A stretch of 64,000 bases of DNA. Origin: Paraspadella gotoi. Lineage: Eukaryota; Animalia; Chaetognatha. The stretch lies in NCBI GenBank assembly GCA_051294375.1, contig CM119268.1:15855959-15919958 (forward strand), in the 5' to 3' direction. Both the position numbers and the translations under genes were made by a program. Positions 14,132 through 26,400 of this stretch are shown piece after piece. The notes under the pieces were generated by a model. The model was not told where the DNA came from. It searched no databases and worked only from the letters and a program-made list of their open reading frames with translations. How positions within the stretch are numbered: position 1 is the first letter of the stretch; every line of letters begins with the position of its first letter.

Positions 14132-17100
14132 CTCTCTCTTCGTCTCTTTAGATTTTTCTGCTCAATGGTGCTTACATGAGTTAACTCTTGACAGGCAGTT
14201 CTTTCTCAAGAAGGTCATCCTCATTCTCTCTCTCTCCTCTCTCTCGCTCTCTCTCTCACTCTCTTTCTCTTTATTTTTTCTTGCTTCCATTTTTCTCGCC
14301 TTCAAAATCCCCTCCCATGCCTCTAGTTTTTTGTCTTCGTACGACCCTATCTTTTCCCCTGGCTCTCCTCCCTCTCTCCACTTTCGTCCCCCTCTCTCTC
14401 CTCCCTCGTCTCCTCCCCTTCTCCTTCCTCGCTTCCAACATTTCATCCCTCTCTCTCCTTCCCCTTACCTTTAGTCCTTCCCGCTTCTCCCTCTCTCCTC
14501 CCCTTCTGCTGTGGGTCGTTCGACCGTTTGCTCACCTCCCCTTCTCCCCTTCTCCTCCCTTTTCTCTCTCCATCGCCCTTCCGTCTCTCCTTCCCCTCCT
14601 CCTCTGCTCCTCCGATCTTCTCCCTCTCTTATTTTGCCCTCTTCTTGCCTGTCCCTATGCTGCGCCTTCCCTCGCTTCCTTTCGTCCGATGCTCTCCTCC
14701 CTGCTCGCCTGGTCTTGGTCGGGTATTCCCCATATCCCTCTTTTTCCTTCATCTTCGTTTCATCCTTTCTCTTCCTCCTCACTCTCTCCTTACTCCTATC
14801 TCAACCTTACAGCATCCATTTTTTTTACAACTCTCGCGCCGTTCTTGACCGTGCTCTCTCCTTCTGCCTTACTGTGTCAATCCCTAACTTCTCCTCCGCT
14901 TCCTCATATGGCCTCGCTTTCTCTCCTCTCTCTCCTCCTCTTCTTCTCTCTCGCTGCCTCCCTCTTTCTCTCCTTACTTATCTTCCTCATATATCCTATG
15001 TCCAGTTGTCTTCCCTCTCTCCTCCCTTCCTCCTGGTATCCTATCGCTCTTTTCCCTCTTATCCTCCCTCTGCTTCCCTCTTCTCTCTCTATCTCTTTCT
15101 CTCTCTCCTCTTCTCCTTACTCTTTCTTCCCGTTTTCCCTCTCATTTCTCGATATTGTTTGCCACTCTCTACTCTCTCCAGCTTCTTTCTTCCTCTTATT
15201 CCTCCAATTAACTGTACCTCTCTCCTCCGCCTTCTCGCACTCCGAACACCTCGCCTTCCTTTCCTTCCTCTCTGCTTCTCTCTATCCTCCTCTCTCGCCC
15301 TCTCCATCTCTACTTTCTCTCTCCTTTCTCCTTTTTTCCCTCCTCCTTTCTCTCTCCTCTCTTCCTCCCGCACACTTCCGCGGTTCCTTCCTCGGTAACG
15401 ACGGAACCCCGTTCTCCACGATGCAGTCCCTCTGGCCCAATACTGTTAGCTCGATAATGAGCTCCGCTGACGACATAGAAAACCTCGATGACTTACTCCG
15501 TCCGTCGTCGGAGTTTTGGTTCCTTCTCTGCTCTCGGGCAGCGTCGCGATGACGAGGCGATCGAAGGAGAAGAAGCGAAGAAGAGGCCGAGAGGAATGAA
15601 GTACGACGGAGACGTATCAATGCGTGTGCCTTTAATACGATATGACATCGAGGAGTTCGCGTTTAGAAAGCCTCGAGTGAGAATTCGTAGAATGAATCAT
15701 AACGGGAAGAGGAAGAGAAATCGAGAGGGTAATGGGGGCAACTCGTCTCTCTTTCTTCTTCTTTCTCTCTCTTCCTTCTCTCTCTCTCTCTCTTTCTCTC
15801 AATCTCCTACTCTCTCTCCCACAATCTCGTCGCCGCATTGATAATCTCCTTCTTCTTCTTCCTCTTCTATAATCCTTCTCTTCTCCGGGTTCTCTTTCTC
15901 TCTACTTTCTCGCTCTCTATTTCTTTTCCTTCTCTCTCTCATCTCCCTCTCGCGGTCAGTCCCACCCAAGGAATTTCGTCCGCCGCATGAATGTCTTTCT
16001 TCTGTCTTCCGTCTTGCTCCTTTCCATTTGCTCTTTCGTTCTCACTCCTCTCATATTTCTCCTCCATACAGAGAATATCTCCACTTCTACTTTCTAATCA
16101 ACAAAGTACAATCCGCGCTTCTCTTTCTCTGAATCTAAACTCTCGTCGCTGCATTTTTGAATGTAGATTAATTTATATATCATCCTATCTCATACATGGC
16201 ATCTGGGTCTTACGCTCTTCTCGTTCCTTCTCTTATCCTCTCCTTTCNNNNNNNNNNNNNNNNNNNNNNNNNGGGGGGAATGCCTTCGTCCTGTCCAGTT
16301 GATTGTTGTACACGTTCTGAAGATAAAGAGGAGAAACCCCGAGGGAGGAAGAGAGGGGGAGGAAGAAGGGGAGGAAGGGGATTAGATGTTGGTAGAGGAG
16401 AAGAGAGAAACAGCGCTTGGGCAATGTTATTTTCAAGGATTTAAAAATCACGGTTTACTCGAAGAGAAAGAAGAGTGAAGTGAGTCATCTCGGTGGTCTT
16501 CGAGGTTATTGACTCGGGTCAAGTTGTGAGAAAGAAATGAATGACATGAAGGGTCAGTTATGAAAGAAGCCTAGTGAAAACGGGTAAGTGAAACGGGGAA
16601 GGGGGAGGAGGAAGAGGAGGAGGGGCAGAAACCGGGTCGACTAAGAGAAGGAAAAAGTCTCGGAGGGAAAGGAGAGAGAAGCCTTGAATGGACGATGACG
16701 TCCAAGCCAACGGCGACGCCTGAGACGAGGGCAGCGACGACGACAAAGACGACGACAACGATGTCTTTTCCATGACGATCAAACTGATAAAGATTATGAT
16801 ATTTTTTTTTTTACTTACATACATCAAACAAACATGAAATGAAATTTAAAACGAGAGGAAGGATCATCATGATTGTAGTCTTCGCATCAATGTATGCAAC
16901 AACCGCTTTTGCCATCAATGCCATTGCCAGTCTTGAAGACTGCAACTCACCCAAGAGGGAGTAATCGGCATAACCTTCCAAATTATCGAGTCTTTGTCGA
17001 CAGAGACGTCGAGGACGACGTTAAGGACGACGACGAAATCGGACTAAACGACGATGTATACGTATGTATGTATGTATGTATACATTTAAATGAAAACGAT

Positions 17101-17329
17101 GATCGTGACGTTACGGTCGACGATGGCGAAGACGACGACATTATCTGCGTTTGTCAATTTTCACGCCCGTCGGCGGCTTTTTGTCGGCCGGTGTCGGCTT
17201 TCGTCGGCTTTCGTCGGCCTTCTTGCTTCATCGCTGAGGAGATGCGCTTTAATTCCTTTAATCTCCGCTTCGAGTCCAGTGATCGACGGAGAAAGCCGCC
17301 AAGCAAAAAAAAAAAAAAAAAGGCAAGCA

Positions 17330-18242
17330 GTGGACAAGCACTAGCGAAGAAATCCCTCTATATCAAGAGAAGGACAAGCAACGGACAAGCGTCGACAAAG
17401 AGGAAAGGAGGGAGAGGGAGAGAGAAGGACAGGATTTAAGAGTAAAGCAGAGAGAGTGTACAAGAAGAATAAAGAAAAAGAAAAATACAGTATATATATT
17501 AAAAAAAACAAACACATTCCTATATAATTAATCTCGTCAACCGAAATACGCCCTTCATTTTTATTCCGGTGGCAGCGTTAGCTTAGCCAAAACAGATTTA
17601 ACCAAAGTTTGCAAATATAGCAATTTGCGCTATCTCAACGGTTGCCAAGGTGATAAAGGTGCGGCGATCAAGGCTGCAGTGAGCAAAGCTCATGACGATA
17701 AAAGCAGGAGCGACAACATCGCTTATGGAAGCAGGAGTGATAAAAGAAATCCGAAAAAATGACAAGTAAACAATCACAAAACTAAAAATAAACTAAGCTC
17801 ATTAAGTCGATGTTCCTAAATGTTTAGAGAATCAAACAGATTTCAACGACTTGCGATCGAGACCGATTACATGGTGAACACATATTTGCATGTTGAGATT
17901 AAGATGAGTTTTCATTTGTTTCAATTTGATGCCTTCGATTTCTATCAGTGACTTTTTCAGTCTTTTGCCACCTTCCTTTTTTTCCCACTCTTTTCCGTCT
18001 TTACTCCCATCTCATTCCCCCCAAGCTTTAATCCTCCCTTTGATCCACCCTTCCATTCTCTTTTCCTCGTTCATCTTTTCCCTTTTCTCTCTCCTTCCAT
18101 TTTCTCGGTTTTTCCTCCCTTCCGGTGTTGACCAAGGGAGATACCCCTTCCTCTTCCTCCTCTTCCTCCTCTAATCTCTCCCATTCCTTCGCTTCTCCCT
18201 CAGCTTCTGTTCGTTCCCCTATGATTTGAAGCTTTATACTTT
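17330..18242 (+). repeat. Duplicated segment, copy of about 29780-30824
   Basis: gtggacaagcactagcgaagaaatccctc... to ...gctttatacttt is present in both. The second copy has many insertions, and the first ends at a 25-N spacer. Confidence 0.9.
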
Positions 18243-19149
18243 NNNNNNNNNNNNNNNNNNNNNNNNNTTCCACGGGAAAGGAGTTCTTTAGAGTACATTT
18301 AACACTCTGACAATTTTTCTCTTCTAAATATACCATGAATAAACCCCGATTTTTTGATCTCAAAAACCATCGGACTTACAAAACACGTTTTTTAATAATA
18401 TTATTTAAAGTCTAATAACAAATCCGTCTTTTCCGAGAACGTTTTTTTTACACGATTTTTTTTTGGTTTTTTTAGAAACACGATGACAATTAGAATCTCT
18501 TCGCTCAACGGTTTTCTTACACATTTGTTTTTTGGAACATTGTGTTTATCTCCAATCAGATAGAAAACATATAATTCAAAAACCTTCTTATGATGTTTTG
18601 CACCCAGGACATTACTTCTTTTCACCTTATATTTTTTTAAAATTAATAACAAATTTTATGGTTAAGTCCATTGAATTTTGCAGATGTCACATAACAGCAA
18701 CATCAAAAGCATCTTTTCAAATTAACTATTAACAGGAGCATCAGTATTAAGGTTAATAATATTAATATTTATTAAAATTTTTATACTTTTAATTAACCAG
18801 AAATTAATAGAAAGACCGAACCGACCTAAATTAATATGCCCCCCTAAATATCCGCTCTCGGGCGCCACCTAATAAAGGAAAGTGGTGGGTGGCAATTGAT
18901 CGAGATAAGGGTTTCAAGCCAAAGAAATTGAATGGTATTTTCTTCCAATAATCCGTTAAAAACGAGAGAAAACGGGAAATAAAAGACTCTAACAGTCCTG
19001 GGTTCAACTAAGTGGAACCATTCGATAAAACAATACATTAAGAAGAGAGAGAGAGGAGGAGAGAGAAGGAGTTCGCTTTGGTTTTGATACTGGCTTTTCT
19101 TGTTAACGTTTTCGCGTGAACAAGTTTTTTCATTCGGAAGTTTTGCCAC

Positions 19150-22100
19150 CACATCGCTCCCACCCAAGCCCCTTTTTCTCGGGCCCGGTTGGGAACGAAG
19201 GCTTTTATATGAAGTAGTTTTGATTTTTCTTAAATGCTTCTCTTGAATTCTTTCAAGGTGGCCGGTTTTCTTTTGAAATAACGCCATAGAGGGTTAAGTC
19301 AAGGTTTTTGACCAGATATTTCGATCGAACTTGCGCCGGACGGGTGTTGAGGTGGGAAAAATGAATCGGAGGGGTCGGAATGGTTGGGGGTTGGGTGGTG
19401 AAAATGGGTTGATGGAGTATAATTGGAAAAACAGGAGGAAGGGGGTTTTTTTTTTCGAGTCGTTAATCCACCCGTGGGACGGTGGCTTTGAGGAGGAAGT
19501 AGGAGCTTTCCGTCCCCTTTCATTTGGAATTAATGGCTTTGGCTTTGGAGGCCGATCTTTACTGAGAACATGGGTTTCAAATGCCCTGCTTTGCCCAGGG
19601 AATTTTTGGAACTTTTGAAAATCCTTGTCCCCTCCGCTCGCTCCAATACTGACAACGACATACTATGGTTCCGTCATAGGGGGGATGGGTTTTGAAGAAG
19701 GTGTTGGGATAGTGGGAACCGTCCCCCTCGACGGATTGTAGACCCCGCCGTAAGCACCTAGCAATGTGTTTCCTCAAGGGATTGTTGGAAGACGGGGGGT
19801 GAAGGTCGGTTTTTGTGCCAAGCAGCAGGGAAGGGGTTGCCATTAAGGCCCAACCGTTCCAGCTTCTAAGCTCCTCAAGAAATTCGATTTTCCGGTGTTG
19901 GCCTCAGCAATCAGTTTCTTTCGGTTCGATGGTGCTGGAAAAGAAAAAGCTCCCCAGGGCAGGGCCAGGTGCCCTTCACCTAGGGTTGGAGCTCAAGCCT
20001 GGCCGAAATGTTGGAAAGTCCGTTTCCCCTGGGCGTGGCCACGGAGGGCCAAAGGAGGAAATCCATTGGGAAGTTGAATTGAGCCAGTTTTTTTTGCCCT
20101 CCCAGCTTGTAGAATCGCGCAACGAGTTTCTAAGTGGGCTGTTTTTGAAGAGAACTGGTTGGAAGGTGCGTTTTGCTTATCATGCCAAATAATTTAAGAA
20201 TTTCGTGGGGATGATAAGGCGGTGGTTAGTTGGGTTGAAAGATCCAAAGCCCCCCCACTACACGCAAAGCCAACCTTCGACGCCAGAGCTCTGATCGCTC
20301 GCAAACTGTGCCCCCGCGGTCTGGGTATGACCGGATGCCCGCCGGGGAACTCGCGAAACGAGAAACCCAAGTTTCCCTGGGAGGACTAGCATCTTAGCGA
20401 TGGAAAGGCAGCTTTGAATGGTTTCTTCGAGTGTGGCCAACTTCGGGCCCAGCCCCGTGGTAAAACCGGTCCTAAATCCAATTTGGTGAAGCCAAGATGA
20501 GTGTGGCCAGAAGGGATGGAAGGTAATGGTCCCCGCACCAGGTCGATATGGACGTGCCAATAAAAATCGGCGAAGTTTTTGTGGGGCTCAAAATGCTGCA
20601 GTGGTGCTTGGATGTTTGGGCGCCTGCACCCTTTTGAGCGTTGCAGGGCCATAAACTCGCAATGTGATTGCCCAGCCGGTCTTTGATTGTTCGCCTCTTG
20701 GAATTGAAGGCCATACAAAAACGAGTTGGTTGGATGAGCCCGCTTGACTGGCACGGCACTCCAGGATTGGTTGGCTAATGCCATTGGGGGGTTTTTTTGC
20801 GCAATCCAAAAACTCTTGGCGGCGCCATGTAGCAGGAACTAATGGGGGCCGGGCTCCCCGTTTGGCCCTAAGAAACATCACAGCTTAGAGTGGGGTACGC
20901 CGATCCCCATAGAGATATACGGCCTGAAAGCTTTGAAGGGGCTTTGGTAGTGAGGCATTTCGTTATCGAGTCCCGTTTGAACATTCGTGATCAGCTCTTT
21001 TGGCATCTGCCCTATGCAATAGAAATGGCAAAAAGTTGATCTGCGCCAAACGCGGGCCACTTGGCACTGAATTTGTAAGCTTGTGAAACAGTCCGTTTTC
21101 CGCTTCACATTTGTTGCATCAAAAGTTGCCTGGGATTGGCGTAAGGAGGCTTTTGAACATTCTCTCTTGGGAAAGCTTCAGGTTTTTAGGTGGGCTGGAG
21201 CGCCATTTGGGGTGGCCTGGGGATAGAGGCAATTCCGGCAACAACATTTGGTCTTTAACCAAAATGTGGCCCCGATCATGTCCCGCCGGTGGGATAAAAG
21301 TTTCAGCAATGCATGCTTAGCTGGTATGCTTGGCCCTCAATCCACGAGTATGGGCTTTCCCCGGCTTCCCCTTTTCGCACCCTGCTGGGACAAGCGAGAA
21401 ATAACTGAAAAATCGCTATACTGCCCGTGGGAATCGCCCGTCCTTTTACCTAGGTTAGGGGCGGAAATGGCGAATGGGAAAAATGATGACAAAGCGCAGC
21501 CCATACCAAATTTCTTTATCAAATGGAAAAGGGCCCATTTTCTTTCGTTTGCAACTGGCCCTTGACGCAGAGGTCTTTTTGGAAAAGAAACCCCCCATGT
21601 TTGGTTCTTCTTGCCCAAGAAAAAAATTCCGTGGTTGACTTTCCCTGCTCAACCGCAATAGCGCCAACTGCCTACATCTTGAAGGGCATCGACTGGTTTT
21701 TTCAGTGCAAGTGTCGGCACCGTCAATTTGGGGGCGTTGCACTCAAGCAAATTTGTAGAATTTCGGCAAGGGCGCCAAATCCCTTTCGTATCGGCATCCC
21801 CACGGAAATGCCTGTGTCCCTGTGCTGGTTGCCCATTTCTTTTTAGGATTTGAGGTTTTGCTACGGAAGAAAGGCCCCTCTAGGGAGGGGGCGCGGTCGA
21901 GGGCTGGGTTGGGGCAGCATAATGGGGCACCCAACATCCCGCACCGGTACAGTTAATTAAAAGAAACCCATGCCCCATAAATCTCTTGTGACGCTTTCCT
22001 TTGGACAACGAAGCAAAGTGGGGGGTAAGGCAATGTTTTTTTTGCCCCGAATTGCCATCGTTACTTGTTTGGCCTGCGGGAAAGGTGGGGTTTTGACTAT

Positions 22101-22520
22101 TCCACATCTCTTCTTTCTGATTTACTATCTATTTTTCTATGGTAGCGCTCATATTATCGAATAATTTTTTTTCAATGGCTTTCCTGAGGCTTTCACCTCA
22201 TAAATACGTCATATCTTTTGGCCTGCGATTTATGTGAAAACCCCTAGGCCCTATTGGTCTGCACAATATAGGGGTTTCGTTGTGTCACTAGTATCTCCTT
22301 TTGTTACGGTATCGTCTCGGCTCCATGCGCGAAGTGTTTTTTTTTCTCATATGGGAGGACGAAGGACTTGCCTAGTAAGCAAAGGGAGGGTCGTGGCCCA
22401 AAAGTATATCAAAAACCTATGGGGGGATGTCTTATTGCTAGAAAGGGAGAGAAACCACCAAGGGATTCCCAAATCATCACCCCGTTGGAAGAAAAATCTT
22501 ATGGAGAGAAGAGCCAGATG
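19150..22520 (-). mobile_element. Degraded Ty3/Gypsy LTR retrotransposon pol (RT - RNase H - integrase)
   Basis: Frame-broken motifs appear in Gypsy order on the minus strand. RT end: FQR-V-M-like at about 22490 and KRFMG...VPHYA at about 21950. RNase H: PFDKE...IRHFRP at about 21500. Integrase: PLVPATWRRQ (about 20840), HVHIDLV.GPLPS (about 20530) and VSR...GAQFASD (about 20320). Boundaries are approximate. Confidence 0.75.
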
Positions 22521-23389
22521 ACACTGTGAATGTTATCATATATATGAGAAAGTACGAATAAGAGATTAGCAAGTAGAAGAAATGATTATTTCGAGAAAGT
22601 ATACTCCGCTAGCAGCACGCAGCATGGAAATCGCGATTCATTTGAACAAGAGGAGATAAAGTTATTACTGGGGCCCGCTTCTAATTTTGTATTTTTCACT
22701 GTATAAACACGACCTGGTGTGTATAAACTGCGAGAAGTAGAAATATCTTATATATTAGCATAATACAACTAGGAAGGTTCTATTAATGCTTTATTTTGAT
22801 ACGGTATTAGTTCCTCTATGTTAATGCCACAGTTAATGCCTATAAATATCAATTATGGTTTGAGGGAGATCGAACGATGTGTGGCCCCAGCATGCCCTTA
22901 GACGCTCGCGCCTTTGACATGTCTCTCATCGAGGGGGCTTTTGATCGTCTCCACTCGACTTGGATATTGCTCTCCTCGTAGTGAGAACACTCGCAATTTA
23001 AGTTCTTCTTTTTTTTTCTTCATAATCTACTTTTTTCGGGCACTGCTCGGCAACCCGGCCTGGGTATCGACGATTTCCTGTTTGCTTCGCCACTCTGAAT
23101 TTCGTCTCTCTATCCGCGTTCCCTTCTCATTTCTCATCTCTCCTCACTCTCTCTCTCATCATCTTCGTGGCGTGCTCCAGTACGATCGCGGCTTCCAGGG
23201 TATATATATCCTCTCGGTCATCCTCACCTCTGTGTGCACATACGCGGTCGGTCGGGTGATGTCCATCAGCAGACGTTCGCGAAGCGGCTCGTCAATTGTA
23301 CAATCGTTTCTCTTTCTCTCAGCTGCTTCCTTCACTCCCCATTTTTTGGAGATTATATGTCGCTTAATCCATAAATTGTTCTCCTTTTT

Positions 23390-23430
<41 letters not shown>

Positions 23431-26400
23431 CTTTCTTCTTTTTCCATCCTTGTTTGAGCCAGCAGAGCCCTGAATGCTGGTGCATGAGGCGAACCGTCGC
23501 ACACGGAGGCAATGGTTACTTTGGAGGAAAACCCTCCTGGGGTTGGGAATGGTGGGTTTTGCCGGTTAAAGCGCTCATGTTTTTCCTGTGGGTTATCTCC
23601 TGGTTAGCCTCGTAACAACGCAGTCTTTGGTTCTTATATTTGGTTGGTTTTAGCTTTTGAGAGAACGACATACAACTTTGATCCATCAAAGAAGAGAGGG
23701 AATAAGGCCCCGTTCTCCGACTGAAAGGTTACCCTGGCTGAAGTTGGAGTTTCATTAAATGTGTTTAATAGTGAGAGTTGGACACTGTGGTTTTTACAAT
23801 CATGGGCGTGGGCCCTGTAACTTAACTGAGTTAGAAGTTCCCATCAAGAAATGTTTATAAGTGCCAAAGAAAATTCCAGAGCTCTGCACATCTTGGAATA
23901 TTAATAACGAAAGGAAACACACAACAGAAAGAGAATTATAGGACCCTAGACAAAAATACACATGAAGTTCCTGTTGACGCCCAGGTGGGGGGTGTTCTTT
24001 GCGTGCGAAACGTCGCGATGGGCCGACGAGGGGGTTAAGTAAGTCGAATGACATTGGGTCTTTTTTTTTCCAAAGCCGACGCAAATGTTCATTCATAAGA
24101 ACTCTTGCCCTATAGACAGAGATTGTGGAGCAGATCATGTTGCCAGCGGCGAAGGGGTTGGGAGGTTTTTTGCAGCGCTTTTGAAGTGTGCAAGTCCTCT
24201 GACAGAGCGGTCCGCACGCGAACGGGGCAAGGGATGCCCTGGCCTCTCCGGGACGACCGGCGCCCGCGGTTCTCGGTCTCGCCGTAACGTGTCGGTTTAC
24301 AAGCCAGGAAGAGCTCGCGCGCTTTGCTCCCTGGTCAAGGGAAAGAGTACGAAGAAGAGAAGAGAAGTTCCAGGACCATTGAGAGAAGCAGAGCGCCGCT
24401 CACGAGAGTAGACCGAGAGAAGAGAGAGAGAGAGAGAGACTGGCGGTGACGTCAAAGGGGCACCGTGATATCATATTGGTGGCGAGGGCAGCAGAGAAAA
24501 ATGATTTTTTTTCAAAATATTAAGGTATAGATGAAGGGTTTTGGCTTCTTTGGTTATTGGGAGTCCGGCGTTACTAAAGCACAGGGTGTTACAAGCAAAG
24601 GACCTCTTACGAGGTCGAACACGGCGGCGTGGGTTTGGTTATGGGTCTTGGTCTTCCACGGAGTGTGTTAAGTGGCTATTATTAGAAATGTGCCCATTAG
24701 AGCAGCACAATCCCTCCTCCAGAACTGCCCTGCAATTCTCCGCCTTCTCTTTTCTTCGTTCGTGTCATTCGTTCGTTCGTTCTTTCGAGTACGTTAATTT
24801 CGTCCCGGGGTCCGTTCTGTTCCTTCTTATTCGTTCCATATTGGTCTTTTATTCTTCGTTAGGTTACCCGCCACACCTTGAAGGTGGGTCAACCCTTGCG
24901 TTCGCCAAGCGTTAATTCAGCTCAAGTGTACAAGTCCTTCCCTTGTTTGTAGGTAATAAATGGGGCAATCCGCCGGTGTCGTCGTGCAATGTTGGGTTTT
25001 GTCTTTGTGACTTGGTCACGCGGCCGGGGGTGTTTCTTGTAAAAACACGTCCCAGACAGGCACAGGTAATGGGTTTGTTAGGCCACCGAACCAGCGGCTT
25101 TCTGTGGGGTGGCTCCTGGTTCGGGGGGAAAAGCGCGGGTTGGTCTCGGCAAGGTGGTTTTGTTCTCGGTGAGAGAGCGATTTCGTGAGGGTAGGCGACC
25201 GCCGGTGCTGGACGACGAGACGCAATGACGGATGACGACAACGCAATATTCATATAGCTGAGATATGCACTCATAAGGTAATGTGAAGCTGGTAGGGATT
25301 TGGTACCATTCGGTATTTATCCGCTGAACGGGAGGTGAGGATAAAGACACGGCCAGAAGACATGAAGCCGTCCACGAAAAGAAACAGGAAGAAGAGGATT
25401 CATGGAACCCTAATAATTTCGGCGGAAGAGGAATTATGTGAATCGGTAAACACCTCAAATGGAGAAAAGCCACTAAGAAGAGAGATAAAATAGAAGACCT
25501 AAAGGGCATGAAAATTGTGGGAGAGACGGGATAAACACAGTAAAGGTTTAAAAGGACGTATATGAATGATAAGGCGGGGAAGAGATCTCAAACGATAGGA
25601 TGGGGAGGTGATAGAGGGCAAATTGAGAGGCCCGGATATTAAGTTAAATAATGTGTGAGCAGCAATCCAGAATTCGATTCTTTGTTAATTCTTTTGAGAC
25701 CAACCTCAGGTTAATCTGTTAAAGGGCCGGTTTTTTTAAGCACATCATTTGGCCTTGTAGACTATAGGGATGAAACCGCCACGTGTAAGATGATCGGTGG
25801 GGGGGACAACATTAAAGAAAGGCGTCTGGGTCGTCGAGGGCTGTGGGTCCTCCTTGTCTCAGGATACGCTAGCTCTACGGGGTCCTCCTTCTCTCGTCGC
25901 TCTCGATCTCGCTCACTATATCTTCTCTTCTGCGTTCTCTCCTTTCGGCTTCAAAGAGAACTTGTTCTTGTTTTCTCTCGGTGACCCCGTCATCGGTCTA
26001 TTGTGCCTTGCCGCCTCTTCACTAATGTGAGCGAGAAGAGCGAACCTACCTACGGTTTGCGGCGCTCCGGTGCGTGGGTCGCACTTCGGTATAGCCCGTT
26101 GCCGCGCCGCGTCGCTGCCGTGCGCTCGCCAGACGCAGCGAGAGAGAGCGGAGTCGCAGAGCAGAGAGAGATAGTAGGAAAAGTCCCATTTGAAAATAAG
26201 TAGCGAGCTCTTGGAGCGGGTGAGGAGCCAAGAGGGAAGTAATTTTATTTTAAGGAAACCCATTCTTATAAAAGTAGAGCGATCGAGAAAAAAAAGGAAA
26301 TCTAGGAAGGCATGAAAAAACGGCGAAAAATTAAGAGGAGAGGATACTCACTTGAAGCGCGCGACACGTTCTGTATCGTTCGTTTGCTTTCTGGCTCCAC

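Noticed and set aside
14188-15552. 454-aa ORF, the longest in the track
   Set aside because: A degenerate CT-rich tract lacks stops by composition, giving an S/L/P/F low-complexity product with no domain.
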